This document shows positions 18,648 to 29,947 of a DNA stretch of 64,000 nt, in pieces. The notes beneath the pieces were generated by a model. The model ran no database searches and was not told where the DNA came from. It was given only the letters and a program-made list of their open reading frames with translations. This stretch comes from Promethearchaeota archaeon. Lineage in GTDB: Archaea; Asgardarchaeota; Lokiarchaeia; Sigyniarchaeales; SOKP01. Where the stretch lies: the NCBI GenBank assembly GCA_019057795.1, contig JAHLWS010000030.1, positions 1-64,000 of the forward strand, given 5' to 3'. The translations under genes were made by a program, and so were the position numbers. Each line of letters begins with the position of its first letter. Position 1 is the first letter of the stretch.

Positions 18648-20696
18648 TCATATTTCAATAGGATTTAGTGATTTACTTCCTTTGATGCTGTTTATTTCTA
18701 TAAAAATTTCAAACATTTCATTTTGCTTGAATGAGTGATTTGAAGATATGCTAAGGAGAGAGTTTTCATATTTTTCTCCATAATTAGGTGAATATACTGA
18801 TTTATCGATTTGAACATTAAAATCAAATGGAGATGAGATTTTCATCAATATCTCATTATCTATATTTACAATATTATTTTTAAGGGAAATGTTGAGTCCT
18901 TTACTAAAATGATAATTTATATTTATCTCAAAAATTTCTTCATTTTGATTCTCTTGAGATCGTATTACAGTGTCTTTAATAAGCATATTATTTATGTCTT
19001 TATTAGTAATTATGTTCCTTTTGACAATGAACCCTTTGTAGCCATTGTGATAACATCTAAATTCAATTTTATTATTATGCTTATTGATAATACGTTTAAT
19101 CTTAGGTTTATTCCCCCAAGAAAACCAAGATTTAATCATAGCCTGATTTTGATTATTTATGGTTAATACATTATGGGCTTTACTACTACGAAAATAGTTC
19201 CTTTCTTTCCATGATTTATTATAAGTATAAGTTCCTGAATCAGTAATTATATTTTTTCCCTTATAAGAATAGATAATATTTGTTATATTGCTATGTGAAT
19301 GACCCGCAGTTCGCGCTCCAAATCTGCCAAAATCAATAAATAAATAATTTGCTTTACTAGACCAATTATTTCTCATTACATAATATCCTGCATCGTTAAA
19401 ATATTTCAATTTTGTATTAGGTTTTATAATTTTAAGATTATTATAAATTTCATATTTTTTAGAGCCTAGTAGTAAGATTGAGGGAGGGAGTAATTTGTTT
19501 GAAAGGAATTTTAAATCTCCTCTTTGAAATAAGATAGCCCCTAAATTAAGAAGATCAATAAAAGAATCGTTTTTATAAGATGTTAGTAATAGGACTCTTC
19601 CATCATCAGAATCGCCAATTAATGGAAAAGTTCCATTAGGCTTAATTGAATAAGATAGGTAATCATACATTTTTTCAATAATATCTTGTTCTCTCTTTTT
19701 TAAAGCATTAGAATTTATGATATCAAAAAGCGTAAAAAATTCTAATACAAATCTATGATAGTTAATAGATTGTTCTATATTTGTCCCATCAGGTCGAGTT
19801 TGTAGAAGAATTTGCCTTTTAAATTTTTTATAAAAATTATTCTCCCATTTTGTGAATGGTTTAATTTGTTCAAAGATTTTTGAAAATAAATATATACCAA
19901 ACAAATCTCCAATAGTATGGTTCAATGAGTGGCGTGTATAAAAATATTTTAAATAATATGCGTGTTGAGACATCGATTTGAATATTTTCTTAAAAAACTC
20001 ATCATTATTAACTTCCTTAGAATCTTCAAAAAAGTATAAAGTAAAAATCCATGATATAAGTCGAATCGATATTTCTAACCCATCACACCAATTTATACCG
20101 TATAACGGAGGATTCTTCTTAATCCAATCTAATACTAGATGCTTAAATTCTTTCGCATATCTTTCATTTTTTGTGGAATAATATGCAAATCCTAAATATA
20201 TTAAAAACTGATGCCGATTAAATTCCCAAACATATTTTACATCAATTTTTCCATTTTTTGGGCGTATATCTATTTTTTCTGACTTTTCCAATTTCCAAGT
20301 AAAATTATTGAAAAAGCTCCAATGCCAGTCAATTTTTTCTTCAAATACGATAGTCTTTTCAAAAATATCAAATTCCTTTATTATAACTTTGTCAGCAAAA
20401 TTAATATAATCACTAATCTCTCTGGAACAGTTGTTTTTTAAGCACTCAATAATTTTTTCTTTTTCATCTTTATTAGAATAGGCAAAAATATTGTTATTAA
20501 AGAAAATATTACGAATATCAGATATCTTCGAAGAGCCAAGCATTCTCCAAAATAATTTATCAGAGATACATGATTTTCTAATAATTTCGCGTTTTTTATT
20601 ATAATATTTAAAAAGTAAAATCTTTCTAATTTTACTTTTAATTTTTTCAATAATTATAAAAATATTAAGTGATTTTCGAACTCCTAAAAAAGTCAT
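18648..20696 (-). CDS. Heparinase II/III family protein
   Basis: DVKYVWEFNRHQ, NPP..GINW, EQSINYHRF, IGDSDDGR, DSGTYTY, FRSSKAHN. Confidence 0.9.
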   Translation of the reverse strand: MTFLGVRKSLNIFIIIEKIKSKIRKILLFKYYNKKREIIRKSCISDKLFWRMLGSSKISDIRNIFFNNNIFAYSNKDEKEKIIECLKNNCSREISDYINFADKVIIKEFDIFEKTIVFEEKIDWHWSFFNNFTWKLEKSEKIDIRPKNGKIDVKYVWEFNRHQFLIYLGFAYYSTKNERYAKEFKHLVLDWIKKNPPLYGINWCDGLEISIRLISWIFTLYFFEDSKEVNNDEFFKKIFKSMSQHAYYLKYFYTRHSLNHTIGDLFGIYLFSKIFEQIKPFTKWENNFYKKFKRQILLQTRPDGTNIEQSINYHRFVLEFFTLFDIINSNALKKREQDIIEKMYDYLSYSIKPNGTFPLIGDSDDGRVLLLTSYKNDSFIDLLNLGAILFQRGDLKFLSNKLLPPSILLLGSKKYEIYNNLKIIKPNTKLKYFNDAGYYVMRNNWSSKANYLFIDFGRFGARTAGHSHSNITNIIYSYKGKNIITDSGTYTYNKSWKERNYFRSSKAHNVLTINNQNQAMIKSWFSWGNKPKIKRIINKHNNKIEFRCYHNGYKGFIVKRNIITNKDINNMLIKDTVIRSQENQNEEIFEININYHFSKGLNISLKNNIVNIDNEILMKISSPFDFNVQIDKSVYSPNYGEKYENSLLSISSNHSFKQNEMFEIFIEINSIKGSKSLNPIEI

Positions 20697-20809
20697 GAGT
20701 TTAATCTCTTAAATATTAATTTCAAAAATTCTATCTATATATAAAATTAATTGTGTTTAATTTGATAAACTTAAAGATAATTGGGAATTATTAAATTTAA
20801 ATTAATCTC

Positions 20810-22087
20810 CTACTTTAAAAGTTTATCATAAATCGGAATATACTTTTTAATTACCTCAGACCAACTATAATTATTCACTACATATTCACGGGCACTTTGT
20901 TTCAACATCTCAGTTTTTTCTGGTGTTTTTAAATATTTTTCTAACTTTATAGCTAAAGCTTTACTATTTTCTACTTTAAAGAGATCTCCTGAAATATTTT
21001 GTTTAATTAATTCATTTAGAGCAGGTAAATCGCTTGCTAATAAGACTTTCCCCATTGCCATCACTTCTAAAGGTTTTAGAGGAGTTACTAATCTGTTTAT
21101 TCTTAAATTTAATCGAGGAAGTACAAAAATATCTATTATGGAATAATAATTATTCACTTCTTCATATGGAACCATTCCAGTAAAAGTTACATCTTTTTTT
21201 ATATTTAATATCTTAGAATAATCCTTCAATGATTCTAAATAACCAGATGATCTTACTGGGCCTACAATTAAGAGTTTTATATTATTTACTGTTTTTTTTA
21301 GAAGAGAAAAAGATTTCAATAAAATTTCAATTCCTTCATGTCTTCGAATAGAACCTATATAACCTATAACTTTTTTATTTTGTAGACTTAATTTTTTTTT
21401 TAAACATTGATTTGGTTCTAATGGAACAAATTTCTTAGTGTCAACTCCATTGGGAACTATATATATCTTTTCTTCAACAATCCCCCTATTCTTAATATCG
21501 TTTTTCATTGCTAGTCCTAATGTGATCACAGCATCAGCCTTCTTCATTAATTTAGTTTCCTTTTTATGTTTTCTCTTATGTTTAAATGAATCCTTTTTAT
21601 ATTTTTCACTTGCAACATCATAATCTTCAGGAAAATATCTCACTTCGTAAATGAATGGAATCTTTTTGCTTTTTGCAATCTTGTAACCATATTTTGCAAA
21701 TTTTGCGGGTGAGTGAGCGTGAATTAAATCTATCTTTTGGATTTCGACAAACTTAGATAAATAATTTTTCTGATTCGTAAATAAAAGTGTGTTTATTAAA
21801 TTATATCCTTTGGAAATTTTTAGAGCTTTTAGAATCTTTGAGTTTGAAATTAAATTATATCCCGGAAAGGGTGGAAATTTATAATAAGGTACTCCGTTTT
21901 TAATGTAAGGATTATTATTTCTCATATTTTTAGGGTCAATTAAAGCTAAAGGATTTACATATTTCTGTTGTTCTTGAAGAATATTATGTGCTCTAATTGT
22001 GTACCCCGCTAATATTGGCAATGAAACTTCAAGCAAATGCAATATCCTTGTGTTATTAATTTTCATAGTATTTTTCTTACTTTGCAA
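20810..22087 (-). CDS. Glycosyltransferase family 4 (likely start at the internal ATG, MKINN)
   Basis: AGYTIR, IHAHSP, VPNGVD, VTPLKPLEVMAMG. Confidence 0.9.
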   Translation of the reverse strand: MQSKKNTMKINNTRILHLLEVSLPILAGYTIRAHNILQEQQKYVNPLALIDPKNMRNNNPYIKNGVPYYKFPPFPGYNLISNSKILKALKISKGYNLINTLLFTNQKNYLSKFVEIQKIDLIHAHSPAKFAKYGYKIAKSKKIPFIYEVRYFPEDYDVASEKYKKDSFKHKRKHKKETKLMKKADAVITLGLAMKNDIKNRGIVEEKIYIVPNGVDTKKFVPLEPNQCLKKKLSLQNKKVIGYIGSIRRHEGIEILLKSFSLLKKTVNNIKLLIVGPVRSSGYLESLKDYSKILNIKKDVTFTGMVPYEEVNNYYSIIDIFVLPRLNLRINRLVTPLKPLEVMAMGKVLLASDLPALNELIKQNISGDLFKVENSKALAIKLEKYLKTPEKTEMLKQSAREYVVNNYSWSEVIKKYIPIYDKLLK

Positions 22088-22115
22088 GTTAATTTGCTTC
22101 TACTTCAGGTGTAAA

Positions 22116-23042
22116 TCATTTAATTTTCCTCATCCAAAAACTTGATATAATTTTACTTTTTAATCGATAAGAAATAAACGCGTTTTCTAAGAGGTCTGGA
22201 AAAGTTGAATTCATAAAATTCCCCGCCCATAAAACTTCAAAACTATTATTAAAAGAAAGAAATGCCTGTAATAAGTATTGCTCATTCCAAAATATATTAT
22301 CTATTAGTATTTTTCTTTTTGGATATTCAAATGGAAAATAAATATCGTGAATATGGATGATTACACCCTTCCTTAGTCTAGGAATAATTTCAAAATATTC
22401 ATATTGAACATCATTACCTATTTTAATAACATGACTTGAATCTATAAATAGAATATCATTTTCTTTTAATTTAGTAAATTCGGTAATAGGAACATTTTGT
22501 ACTTCTTTTGGAATTAATTTCTTTAATCCAGGAAAGCCTTTTTTTAAAATGGTGTTTGGATAAGGCTCAATCGCTATTAAATCACAATTATAATTGTTAT
22601 CTAAACTATAGTTTCTTAAAATTGCCTTAGCTGAGCAATATGTTGAAAATCCTGAACCGATCTCAATAATTCTTCTTGGCTTAAAATATCTAATCATACA
22701 ATATAACACATCACTATCCACTGGACCAAAATACTCATTACTAAGATAATATTCATAAGGTTCAGCTTCTTTTGATTGCTTTACTGGAAAATTGTCATAC
22801 TCACTTTTAAAGTTGGTTACAAAATGAGATAATAAATCTTGTTGCTTTTCCTCATTAAGATTAACACCAAATAATTCCTTTCTTTTTGTCCATATGTCAT
22901 TGTTTAATTTAGATAAGTCAGGTATGGGTGAATAATAATTATTAGGCGTAATATTTATTCCAAATTTTTGAATAATTCTCAATTTATTTTTTGGTAAAAT
23001 ATGACATATCGGTTTAATAATATCTTTCAGCTTCAATTTCAA
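22116..23042 (-). CDS. Class I SAM methyltransferase (Methyltransf_24-like)
   Basis: YYSPIPD, IEIGSGFST, LFIDSSHV, HIHDI, WNEQYLL. Confidence 0.85.
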   Translation of the reverse strand: MKLKLKDIIKPICHILPKNKLRIIQKFGINITPNNYYSPIPDLSKLNNDIWTKRKELFGVNLNEEKQQDLLSHFVTNFKSEYDNFPVKQSKEAEPYEYYLSNEYFGPVDSDVLYCMIRYFKPRRIIEIGSGFSTYCSAKAILRNYSLDNNYNCDLIAIEPYPNTILKKGFPGLKKLIPKEVQNVPITEFTKLKENDILFIDSSHVIKIGNDVQYEYFEIIPRLRKGVIIHIHDIYFPFEYPKRKILIDNIFWNEQYLLQAFLSFNNSFEVLWAGNFMNSTFPDLLENAFISYRLKSKIISSFWMRKIK

Positions 23043-23137
23043 TTAACAATCTCTTTTATTATTAGAAATCTACAATATTTAAATAAATTTTTGGGTTAAT
23101 TTTTTAAATGAATGATAAATTAATAATTAGCCCCTTT

Positions 23138-23580
23138 CTATATTTTCGCTAAATTGCGCCCCTGACTCATTAAATGTGCTAATTCTGTAGAAATTAAATT
23201 ATTTGTTATGAAATCACCGCTTATATTCCTTTCAATTTGTATTTCATTTAGGAGTTTGGGATGATTTCTAACAATTACCACGGGACATATCCGATTTTCG
23301 ATCGATAATTCCGTTTTGGACTCACATAGCTTGAGTAACGATATAATGGCGTTATTTGACCCCTCTCCAACATTATTTTGAATAAATTTTCGAAAGAATT
23401 GTCCAAAAAGCTCTTTTAATGTGGCTAATATCTGAAGATTTGTGTTCTTGCTGAATTTTAGCGTCATTCTATAGGGATCAACCTTCACATACCCTCGCTT
23501 GCCCTTGTAGAACACTTTAAAGAGCCCTCGCCTTCCACGCTTCTTTTTTTTGATTCGATTTTTTCTTTTCCTTTGAATCT
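23138..23580 (-). pseudogene. Fragment of unknown protein, possibly a transposase remnant
   Basis: Basic KKKRGRR segment and two xNN motifs (FIQNNVGEGSN, FITNNLI) reminiscent of DDE transposases; no convincing start. Confidence 0.3.
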
Positions 23581-23590
23581 GAACAATATT

Positions 23591-23633
23591 TATTAATTTT
23601 CATACTATTTTTCTCACTTTGTAAGCTAAGTTG
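23591..23633 (-). repeat. Near-identical copy of the GT4 5' end (22054-22096)
   Basis: tattaattttcatactatttttctcactttgtaagctaagttg vs tattaattttcatagtatttttcttactttgcaagttaatttg. Confidence 0.7.
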
Positions 23634-23650
23634 TAATTTAATTAGAATTA

Positions 23651-24532
23651 TTATTCAAGAGATATTCGCCTTTTAGTGAAATTAAAAAACTCAATTATAA
23701 AGTCTAAAGGACTGTATCTAAAAATTTTGTAAAATACTTTTAGACTTTCTGATATTTTTCTTTTATTTAAAAAAAGATAAGCAACTCTCGAGAAATGAGC
23801 AGTATATATCTTTTTCGATGTTTTGTATCCATAAGAACTAATAAGAGGATTAAGAGTCTTTAAGTATTTGAATTTTAATTTAAGGTAATTTTCTGGAGAG
23901 ATATGAGATTGATGATGATCGGATGTACCAACTACAAAAAGAGGTTCTTTGAAGAGTTTTATTTTCCCTTTTTTACAAATTCTTAATATAAAATCCCAAT
24001 CTTCATGTACTTGATAAGAGATATTGAATCCACCTATATATTTAACTATATCTGTTTTTAATAACAATGAACTTCCCCCCGCTAGGCTCATATTACATTT
24101 TAATAATGAAAGAGATAAATCACCTTCAGTATTGCTTTTTATAACTTTTCTAGGTTTTTCTCTAATATACCATGAATAAATCCCAATCCATTCATTATTT
24201 AGAGATTCCATCGTATTAACTAATTTTTCAATTTTAGTTTTTAAAAAGAAGTCATCATCGTCCAGAAAAGCAATATATTTGCCTTTCGCTCTTTGAATTC
24301 CGGAATTTCGAGCGGCAGAGGGTCCTTGATTTTGTTTGTGGTTAATCAATTCTACATTTTTCTTTATATCTATAAATTTCTCAATATCTGAGTTAGGATC
24401 GTCGTTAATAATAATTATTTCAATATTATCGTAAGTTTGATTATAAACACTATTAATTGCTCTAGAAAGTGATTTTAATCTCTTATATGTTGGTATAACA
24501 ACAGTTACAAGAGGATTATCTTTTTGCTTCAT
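23651..24532 (-). CDS. Glycosyltransferase family 2
   Basis: VTVVIPTYKR, GPSAARNSGI, AFLDDDD, EDWDF. Confidence 0.92.
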   Translation of the reverse strand: MKQKDNPLVTVVIPTYKRLKSLSRAINSVYNQTYDNIEIIIINDDPNSDIEKFIDIKKNVELINHKQNQGPSAARNSGIQRAKGKYIAFLDDDDFFLKTKIEKLVNTMESLNNEWIGIYSWYIREKPRKVIKSNTEGDLSLSLLKCNMSLAGGSSLLLKTDIVKYIGGFNISYQVHEDWDFILRICKKGKIKLFKEPLFVVGTSDHHQSHISPENYLKLKFKYLKTLNPLISSYGYKTSKKIYTAHFSRVAYLFLNKRKISESLKVFYKIFRYSPLDFIIEFFNFTKRRISLE

Positions 24533-25089
24533 TATTCTTCTAGAAGTTTTTTGACTTTAGTTTTTTTACAAAAATTATATTCATTAAATTGAGTAAATTT
24601 TAATTTTTAATAATTTTACTTTTTTTTACTTTTCTTAAAGGATAAAAGGATATATATCTATTCTATTATATTTTTATTTTTCTCGCTTTAACGACAACAT
24701 ACCTATGAAAATCTGAAAAAAAATATCTAAATGAAGACATTGATAACCCTTTGAACCTAATCTTTCATATAAGATAAACGGGTAAAGAATTCGCAATCTT
24801 TAAACTCTCTTTTTTTAAATGGTTAAAAATATTAGTGTAGGGTATCCATAGATTGTGTCAGCGAAGAATTTAATCAGTACCATTTAAGCAAAAAAGGGGA
24901 AAACGAAAAAATTACTCCGTAGGGCATAAAAAAGGGAAATACCACACCCGACGCAAGTAAATGAATTTCTAAGAAAAAATGGAATTAAAAAAACATAAAA
25001 ATTTTGGTTGCGTGCTTGGATTATCAATTAAAAGAAGTTTTGAATTTAGATCATAATAATAAGAAAAATCATCTATTTTTGATCGGTGT

Positions 25090-27039
25090 TCAATAAACTT
25101 TCCATACTAATAAATGTTGAGTTGAAAAAACGGGTTCTAATTCTGATTGCTGTAAAGATTGGATTAATATCCAATTAATTCCGTCTTCTAAGAGAGGTTC
25201 TTTTATAGAAATTATGTATTGCACATTATACTCAGATCGCAAAAGAGCACGGTCTTCTTGGTATGTCATATTTAATATAATTATTTTCCTACTTAGAACC
25301 TCTAAAGGAGATGTTTCATAATTATAAATGGCATTTTTAGGCCAAAACCTAAAAAAACGTTGGTCAAGCAAGTTAGAAAATGAAAATGCAAATTCAGTGT
25401 TCTCAAGAACTTCATTTGGATTAATTAGACCATACCATAAATCGATTCCAATAGATGCACGACCGTGAAAGGTGGGTAAAAATCCTACTCCAGAAAGTTT
25501 ATTTGCTATATCTTTATTAGTAGTAAAAATCAATCCATCTATGTCTTCATTTTGAAAGTATTCAATAATTTCGATTTCTTCCTCGGTCAAACAGAGATTT
25601 TCCCATGGATAGGGACTACTACACATACCAGCTCTATTGGTCTCTATAGTTGTTATCGAAAAAATTAGCATTGAAATTGTTAATATAAGAAGCCAGAGCC
25701 CTTTTTTCATTTTAAGAGGATCAAGAGAAATTTTTGTAAAATTTAGAATTTTATATTTATTTATTAAGAAAATAAACAGAAATAAGATGAAAGATATAAA
25801 TGAAAATACATAGACAAACCAAAGATCAATTTTAGTAGAAACTTCGATTTTTATAAAGGAATACACTATTGATATAAATAATAGAATTACAAGTAAAAAA
25901 CAACTTAATGTTTCAGAATAGGTTGCAATAAAGTCTTTAATATAAATTATGCCTGATACCGAAAAAATAATTAGTATGGGGAAAAATATGACAATTGAAT
26001 AAAAGGTAGAAGGGAGCAGAAATGAAAAAGGTATAATAAAAAGGATTAAATAATACTTTTGAAGAAATTGCCGATTGTTATTAAGTTGAGCATTCTTTTC
26101 ATCATAATTTTTTAGTAATGTAGCTATTTTATACAGCGTTATTATTACACCTACTGGGAAAAAAATAGAAATTACACCTAAATTCCATACATAAAACCAG
26201 CTAAGTAATATACCCATCCCGAACAATGTTTTCTCATCAAAAAAAGGGGAAAATGTTTGATTTGGATCGAGTCTCAATAAAAATCCAAAATTTAATATTT
26301 CTAAACCTATGAAAAAAGCAATTATACTTAGCGGAAGAATTAAAAATACAATTAGCTTTTGTAAATTTCTAATTTTTCGGATTAAAGCTGTAAATATCAT
26401 AATTACTATTGTTATAAATGTACCTACCCAAAGTCTGTGCGATAGGGCACCAATCATGAGGAGTAAAAACATAAAAATTATGGCTTTAAATACATTAATC
26501 GAATTAGTTAATACTTTTAAATTTAAATTCAAAAGAACTATCATTACAATTGTTATAATAATTCTTGTACTAACGGTCATTGTGATATTATTAATTACAT
26601 CAAAGGAAAATAAGATCGCTGCTACAAATAAAAATCGGCTCCATTCTTCTTCGAATAGTCTATTTCCGAGATTTCGGGAGCTTTTATAGATAATTATGAT
26701 GAGTATAATATTGAAGGCTAATATCGCTTCAGTTATACCAAATATACCGAATGAAAAAAAGTTCAGAAGACTTATTAAAAAGGCAAGGAACATGGGAACG
26801 CCTATTGCTCGATGAGAAAAAGGATAATACCCAAAATAGGAAGTGGGATGGATTAACCAAGTATTATCAGAAAATAATGCCCCATCTCTAAGAGCATTTG
26901 CCATCCACATCACTTGATATGCATCGACTCCATAAATGCGAGGATAATGGGTAAATAGAATAATAATTACCACTATAACAAGGAGAAAGTAATATTGGTT
27001 ATTATTATTTATAGTAATCCTCATGAATTTATGGCTCAA
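25090..27039 (-). CDS. Polytopic membrane protein, GT-C-like (paralog 1)
   Basis: First TM followed by YGVDA loop, YFGYYP, many TMs, soluble C-terminal domain (LTEEEIEIIEYF, YNVQYII). Confidence 0.6.
   Translation of the reverse strand: MSHKFMRITINNNNQYYFLLVIVVIIILFTHYPRIYGVDAYQVMWMANALRDGALFSDNTWLIHPTSYFGYYPFSHRAIGVPMFLAFLISLLNFFSFGIFGITEAILAFNIILIIIIYKSSRNLGNRLFEEEWSRFLFVAAILFSFDVINNITMTVSTRIIITIVMIVLLNLNLKVLTNSINVFKAIIFMFLLLMIGALSHRLWVGTFITIVIMIFTALIRKIRNLQKLIVFLILPLSIIAFFIGLEILNFGFLLRLDPNQTFSPFFDEKTLFGMGILLSWFYVWNLGVISIFFPVGVIITLYKIATLLKNYDEKNAQLNNNRQFLQKYYLILFIIPFSFLLPSTFYSIVIFFPILIIFSVSGIIYIKDFIATYSETLSCFLLVILLFISIVYSFIKIEVSTKIDLWFVYVFSFISFILFLFIFLINKYKILNFTKISLDPLKMKKGLWLLILTISMLIFSITTIETNRAGMCSSPYPWENLCLTEEEIEIIEYFQNEDIDGLIFTTNKDIANKLSGVGFLPTFHGRASIGIDLWYGLINPNEVLENTEFAFSFSNLLDQRFFRFWPKNAIYNYETSPLEVLSRKIIILNMTYQEDRALLRSEYNVQYIISIKEPLLEDGINWILIQSLQQSELEPVFSTQHLLVWKVY
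26621..26935. repeat. Near-identical ~315 bp block shared with 39044-39358
   Basis: Direct comparison shows only scattered substitutions, while the flanks of the two genes are clearly diverged. Confidence 0.9.
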
Positions 27040-27379
27040 TTATTATTACTTCTTAGGAGTATTCTTATTTGGAGATAAAGAAATTTTGCTTTTTAATTTA
27101 CTTATTTTATTTGAAAGTATAACTAAACTGAAGTCTAGAAATTATGAAGACGATATAAAAAAAAATTATATTATTTTTAATTATATACAAGAAAGTTATT
27201 AAATAATTTAAAATCGTTTCATGAATAGCAAAATTAAAATATTAAAGTTAGAAGATTATACTTTTATTATTTAATATATTTTCAAATTTATATTTGAAGT
27301 TGTTTATGAATTCATTTTTATAAAAAATTTTAAAATAATAGATCTACGCTGATAAGACAGCACTATTTATAAAGAAAAG

Positions 27380-28570
27380 ATGGATATGCTAGATAAGACA
27401 AATCTTTTAGTTTTAAGCCACACTTATAATAGTTTCATTAAAGATCCAATTGAAATTATTTCAAAGGATTTTAATAAAATTTATGTATTAGTTAGATATA
27501 AGCCTATAGCTGAATTAGGTAATATCATTCCTTTAAAATTTTTTAAATCCAGAAAGAAACACAGTAGGAGATACTCTATTGATTTAACGAATAAACCAGA
27601 TAATGTGGAAATTATTTTAGTACCTTTATGGTATCTTCCATTTAAGTTTTTTAATAAATTCATCGGACCTCTTCATGCTAAAGCTGTTTTGAGAATCTTG
27701 AAAAGAAGAAAAATAAAATTTGACATAATTCATGCTCATTTTGGTTGGTCTGCCGGATATGTTGGAATGATAATTAAGGAAAAATACAAAAAACCCTTGG
27801 TAATTACTGGACATGGATATGATGTATATGATTTACCTTTTCGTAGCGATTATTGGAAGGCGATGATGAGAGAGATTTTTATCAGAGCAGATCGATTATT
27901 AACCGTAAGTAAAAAGAATAGGGATTATATTAAAAAAATTGATGTTAAAAAAAAAGTAGCGATCATCAACAATGGATACTCCAATTCTTTATTTTGGTAT
28001 ATTGAAAAAGAAAAAGCGAAAAATATCTTGAATTTAGTGGATAATAGAAAGCTAATTTTAACAATAGGCAATTTAGAGAACGTTAAAGGTTACGATATTT
28101 TAATCAAGGCACTTAAGATTGTTTCTATAATTCGTAAAGATTTTTTATGTTTACATATCGGTGATGGAACAAAAGTAAATTATATAAAGAAATTAATTTC
28201 TGAGTATGATTTGAATGAAAATGTTAAACTTTTAGGTAGAAAACCTCATAATGAATTAGTCTATTGGTTTGGAGCTTGTGATTTTTTAGTATCTTCAAGT
28301 TTGTTTGAAGGTAATCCTACCGTAATGTTTGAAGCGTTAGGGTGTGGAAAACCTTTTATAGGAACAGAGGTTGGTGGAATACCCGAAGTGATATACTTTC
28401 AGAATTATGGATTATTATCTCAACCGGGAAATGAAAAAGCACTCGCTAATAACATTATTAAAGCTTTAAATTTAGATTGGAATTCAAAAGAGATTCTCGA
28501 ATATTCAAAACAGTATCGTTGGGAGAATATTACAAGGGAAATAGTAGAAATATACAAAAAATTACTTTGA
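27380..28570 (+). CDS. Glycosyltransferase family 4 (TuaC-like)
   Basis: DIIHAHF, TGHGYDV, EGNPTVMFEALGCG, VGGIPE. Confidence 0.9.
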   Translation: MDMLDKTNLLVLSHTYNSFIKDPIEIISKDFNKIYVLVRYKPIAELGNIIPLKFFKSRKKHSRRYSIDLTNKPDNVEIILVPLWYLPFKFFNKFIGPLHAKAVLRILKRRKIKFDIIHAHFGWSAGYVGMIIKEKYKKPLVITGHGYDVYDLPFRSDYWKAMMREIFIRADRLLTVSKKNRDYIKKIDVKKKVAIINNGYSNSLFWYIEKEKAKNILNLVDNRKLILTIGNLENVKGYDILIKALKIVSIIRKDFLCLHIGDGTKVNYIKKLISEYDLNENVKLLGRKPHNELVYWFGACDFLVSSSLFEGNPTVMFEALGCGKPFIGTEVGGIPEVIYFQNYGLLSQPGNEKALANNIIKALNLDWNSKEILEYSKQYRWENITREIVEIYKKLL

Positions 28571-28820
28571 AAGTTTCGATATATTGAACAAATAATGATT
28601 TTACATATAGTAAAAATTTTTACATCATCTGGTTATTATTTTTAGGCTTTAATCCTACTAATACAATCTATTGAACAATTTCTAATAGAAACTGGAAGCT
28701 AAATAAAATTTTGTTTATATTTATTGAAATATTTAATATTTTATGAAAAATTTTCTTTTTCTAATAAATCATGCAAAATGCATACATTTTAAATAATTTA
28801 AAGAAAGAATTCCATTTTTT

Positions 28821-29939
28821 ATGAAAGTTCCATTTTTCACGTCAAGGTATCAGGATCAACGATATGGAAGCAGTATTAGAGAAAAAATAGATAAAGTGAT
28901 TAAATCTGGAAATTTTATTCTCGGTGATGAGCTTTTACAATTCGAAAAGAGAGTTGAGGAATTCACGGGAGCAAAACATGCAATTGGAGTTGCAAGTGGA
29001 TCTGATGCTTTAATTCTCTCTTTACAGTGTTTAGATATACCTAAAGGTAAAGAAGTTATAACTACTCCTTTTTCATTTTTTGCATCAACTTCTTGTATTG
29101 TAAAAAACGGTCTTAAACCCGTATTTGTAGAAGTAGATGAAAATACCTACAACATTAATCCCGATTTAATTCCTGAAAAGATAAATGATAATACTGAAGC
29201 GATTTTATCTGTTGATTTATTTTCACAACCAGCAAATTATGACAAAATTAGCAAAATCGCTAATGATTATAATTTAAAGATTATTGAAGATTCGGCGGAA
29301 GCATTTGGTATGAAATGGGGTGATACAAATGCAGGTTTATGTGGAGATATTGGAATCTATAGTTTTTATCCTACAAAAACTCTGGGAGCATTTGGTGATG
29401 GTGGGATGGTTATTACTAATAATGATGATTATGCTGAGAAAATTAGGATCCTGAGGGTACATGGGGCAAAAAAAAAGTATAATCATAGATATATAGGGAT
29501 AAATTCAAGATTGGACGCTCTACAAGCATCTATTCTTAGTATAAAACTCAATTTTATAAAAAAAGAAATTAAAGAGAGGGAAGAAATCTACAATCAATAT
29601 GTTAAAAATCTTGAAAATATAAAAGAGATAGAATTTCCAAAAATATATAAAAAAGCATCTCCAGTGTGGTATGTATTAAATGTAAAATGTAAATACAGGG
29701 ATAAATTAAGAGAGTTTCTTAAAGAGAAAGGAATTGATACGAATATTTACTATCCTAAAGCTATGCATCTTCAGGAATGTTTTATAGAATTAGGTTATAA
29801 AAAAGGAGATTTTCCTATTGCTGAAAAATTATGTAATTCTCTATTAGCTTTGCCTGTTTTCATAGGTATGAGTTCTGAAATGATCGAATATGTATGCAAT
29901 TGTATAAAACAATTTTATAAAAATCATAACAAAATGTAA
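28821..29939 (+). CDS. wbpE: DegT/DnrJ/EryC1/StrS aminotransferase, WbpE/WlbC-like
   Basis: SGSDAL, IEDSAEA, SFYPTKTLGAFGDGG, GINSRLDALQA; adjacent to wbpB-like gene. Confidence 0.8.
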   Translation: MKVPFFTSRYQDQRYGSSIREKIDKVIKSGNFILGDELLQFEKRVEEFTGAKHAIGVASGSDALILSLQCLDIPKGKEVITTPFSFFASTSCIVKNGLKPVFVEVDENTYNINPDLIPEKINDNTEAILSVDLFSQPANYDKISKIANDYNLKIIEDSAEAFGMKWGDTNAGLCGDIGIYSFYPTKTLGAFGDGGMVITNNDDYAEKIRILRVHGAKKKYNHRYIGINSRLDALQASILSIKLNFIKKEIKEREEIYNQYVKNLENIKEIEFPKIYKKASPVWYVLNVKCKYRDKLREFLKEKGIDTNIYYPKAMHLQECFIELGYKKGDFPIAEKLCNSLLALPVFIGMSSEMIEYVCNCIKQFYKNHNKM

Positions 29940-29947
29940 AGAGTATT

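Noticed and set aside
24680-25089. Possible IS4-like transposase relic (EIPHPTQVNEFLRKNG)
   Set aside because: One weak motif among many stops; no terminal repeats found
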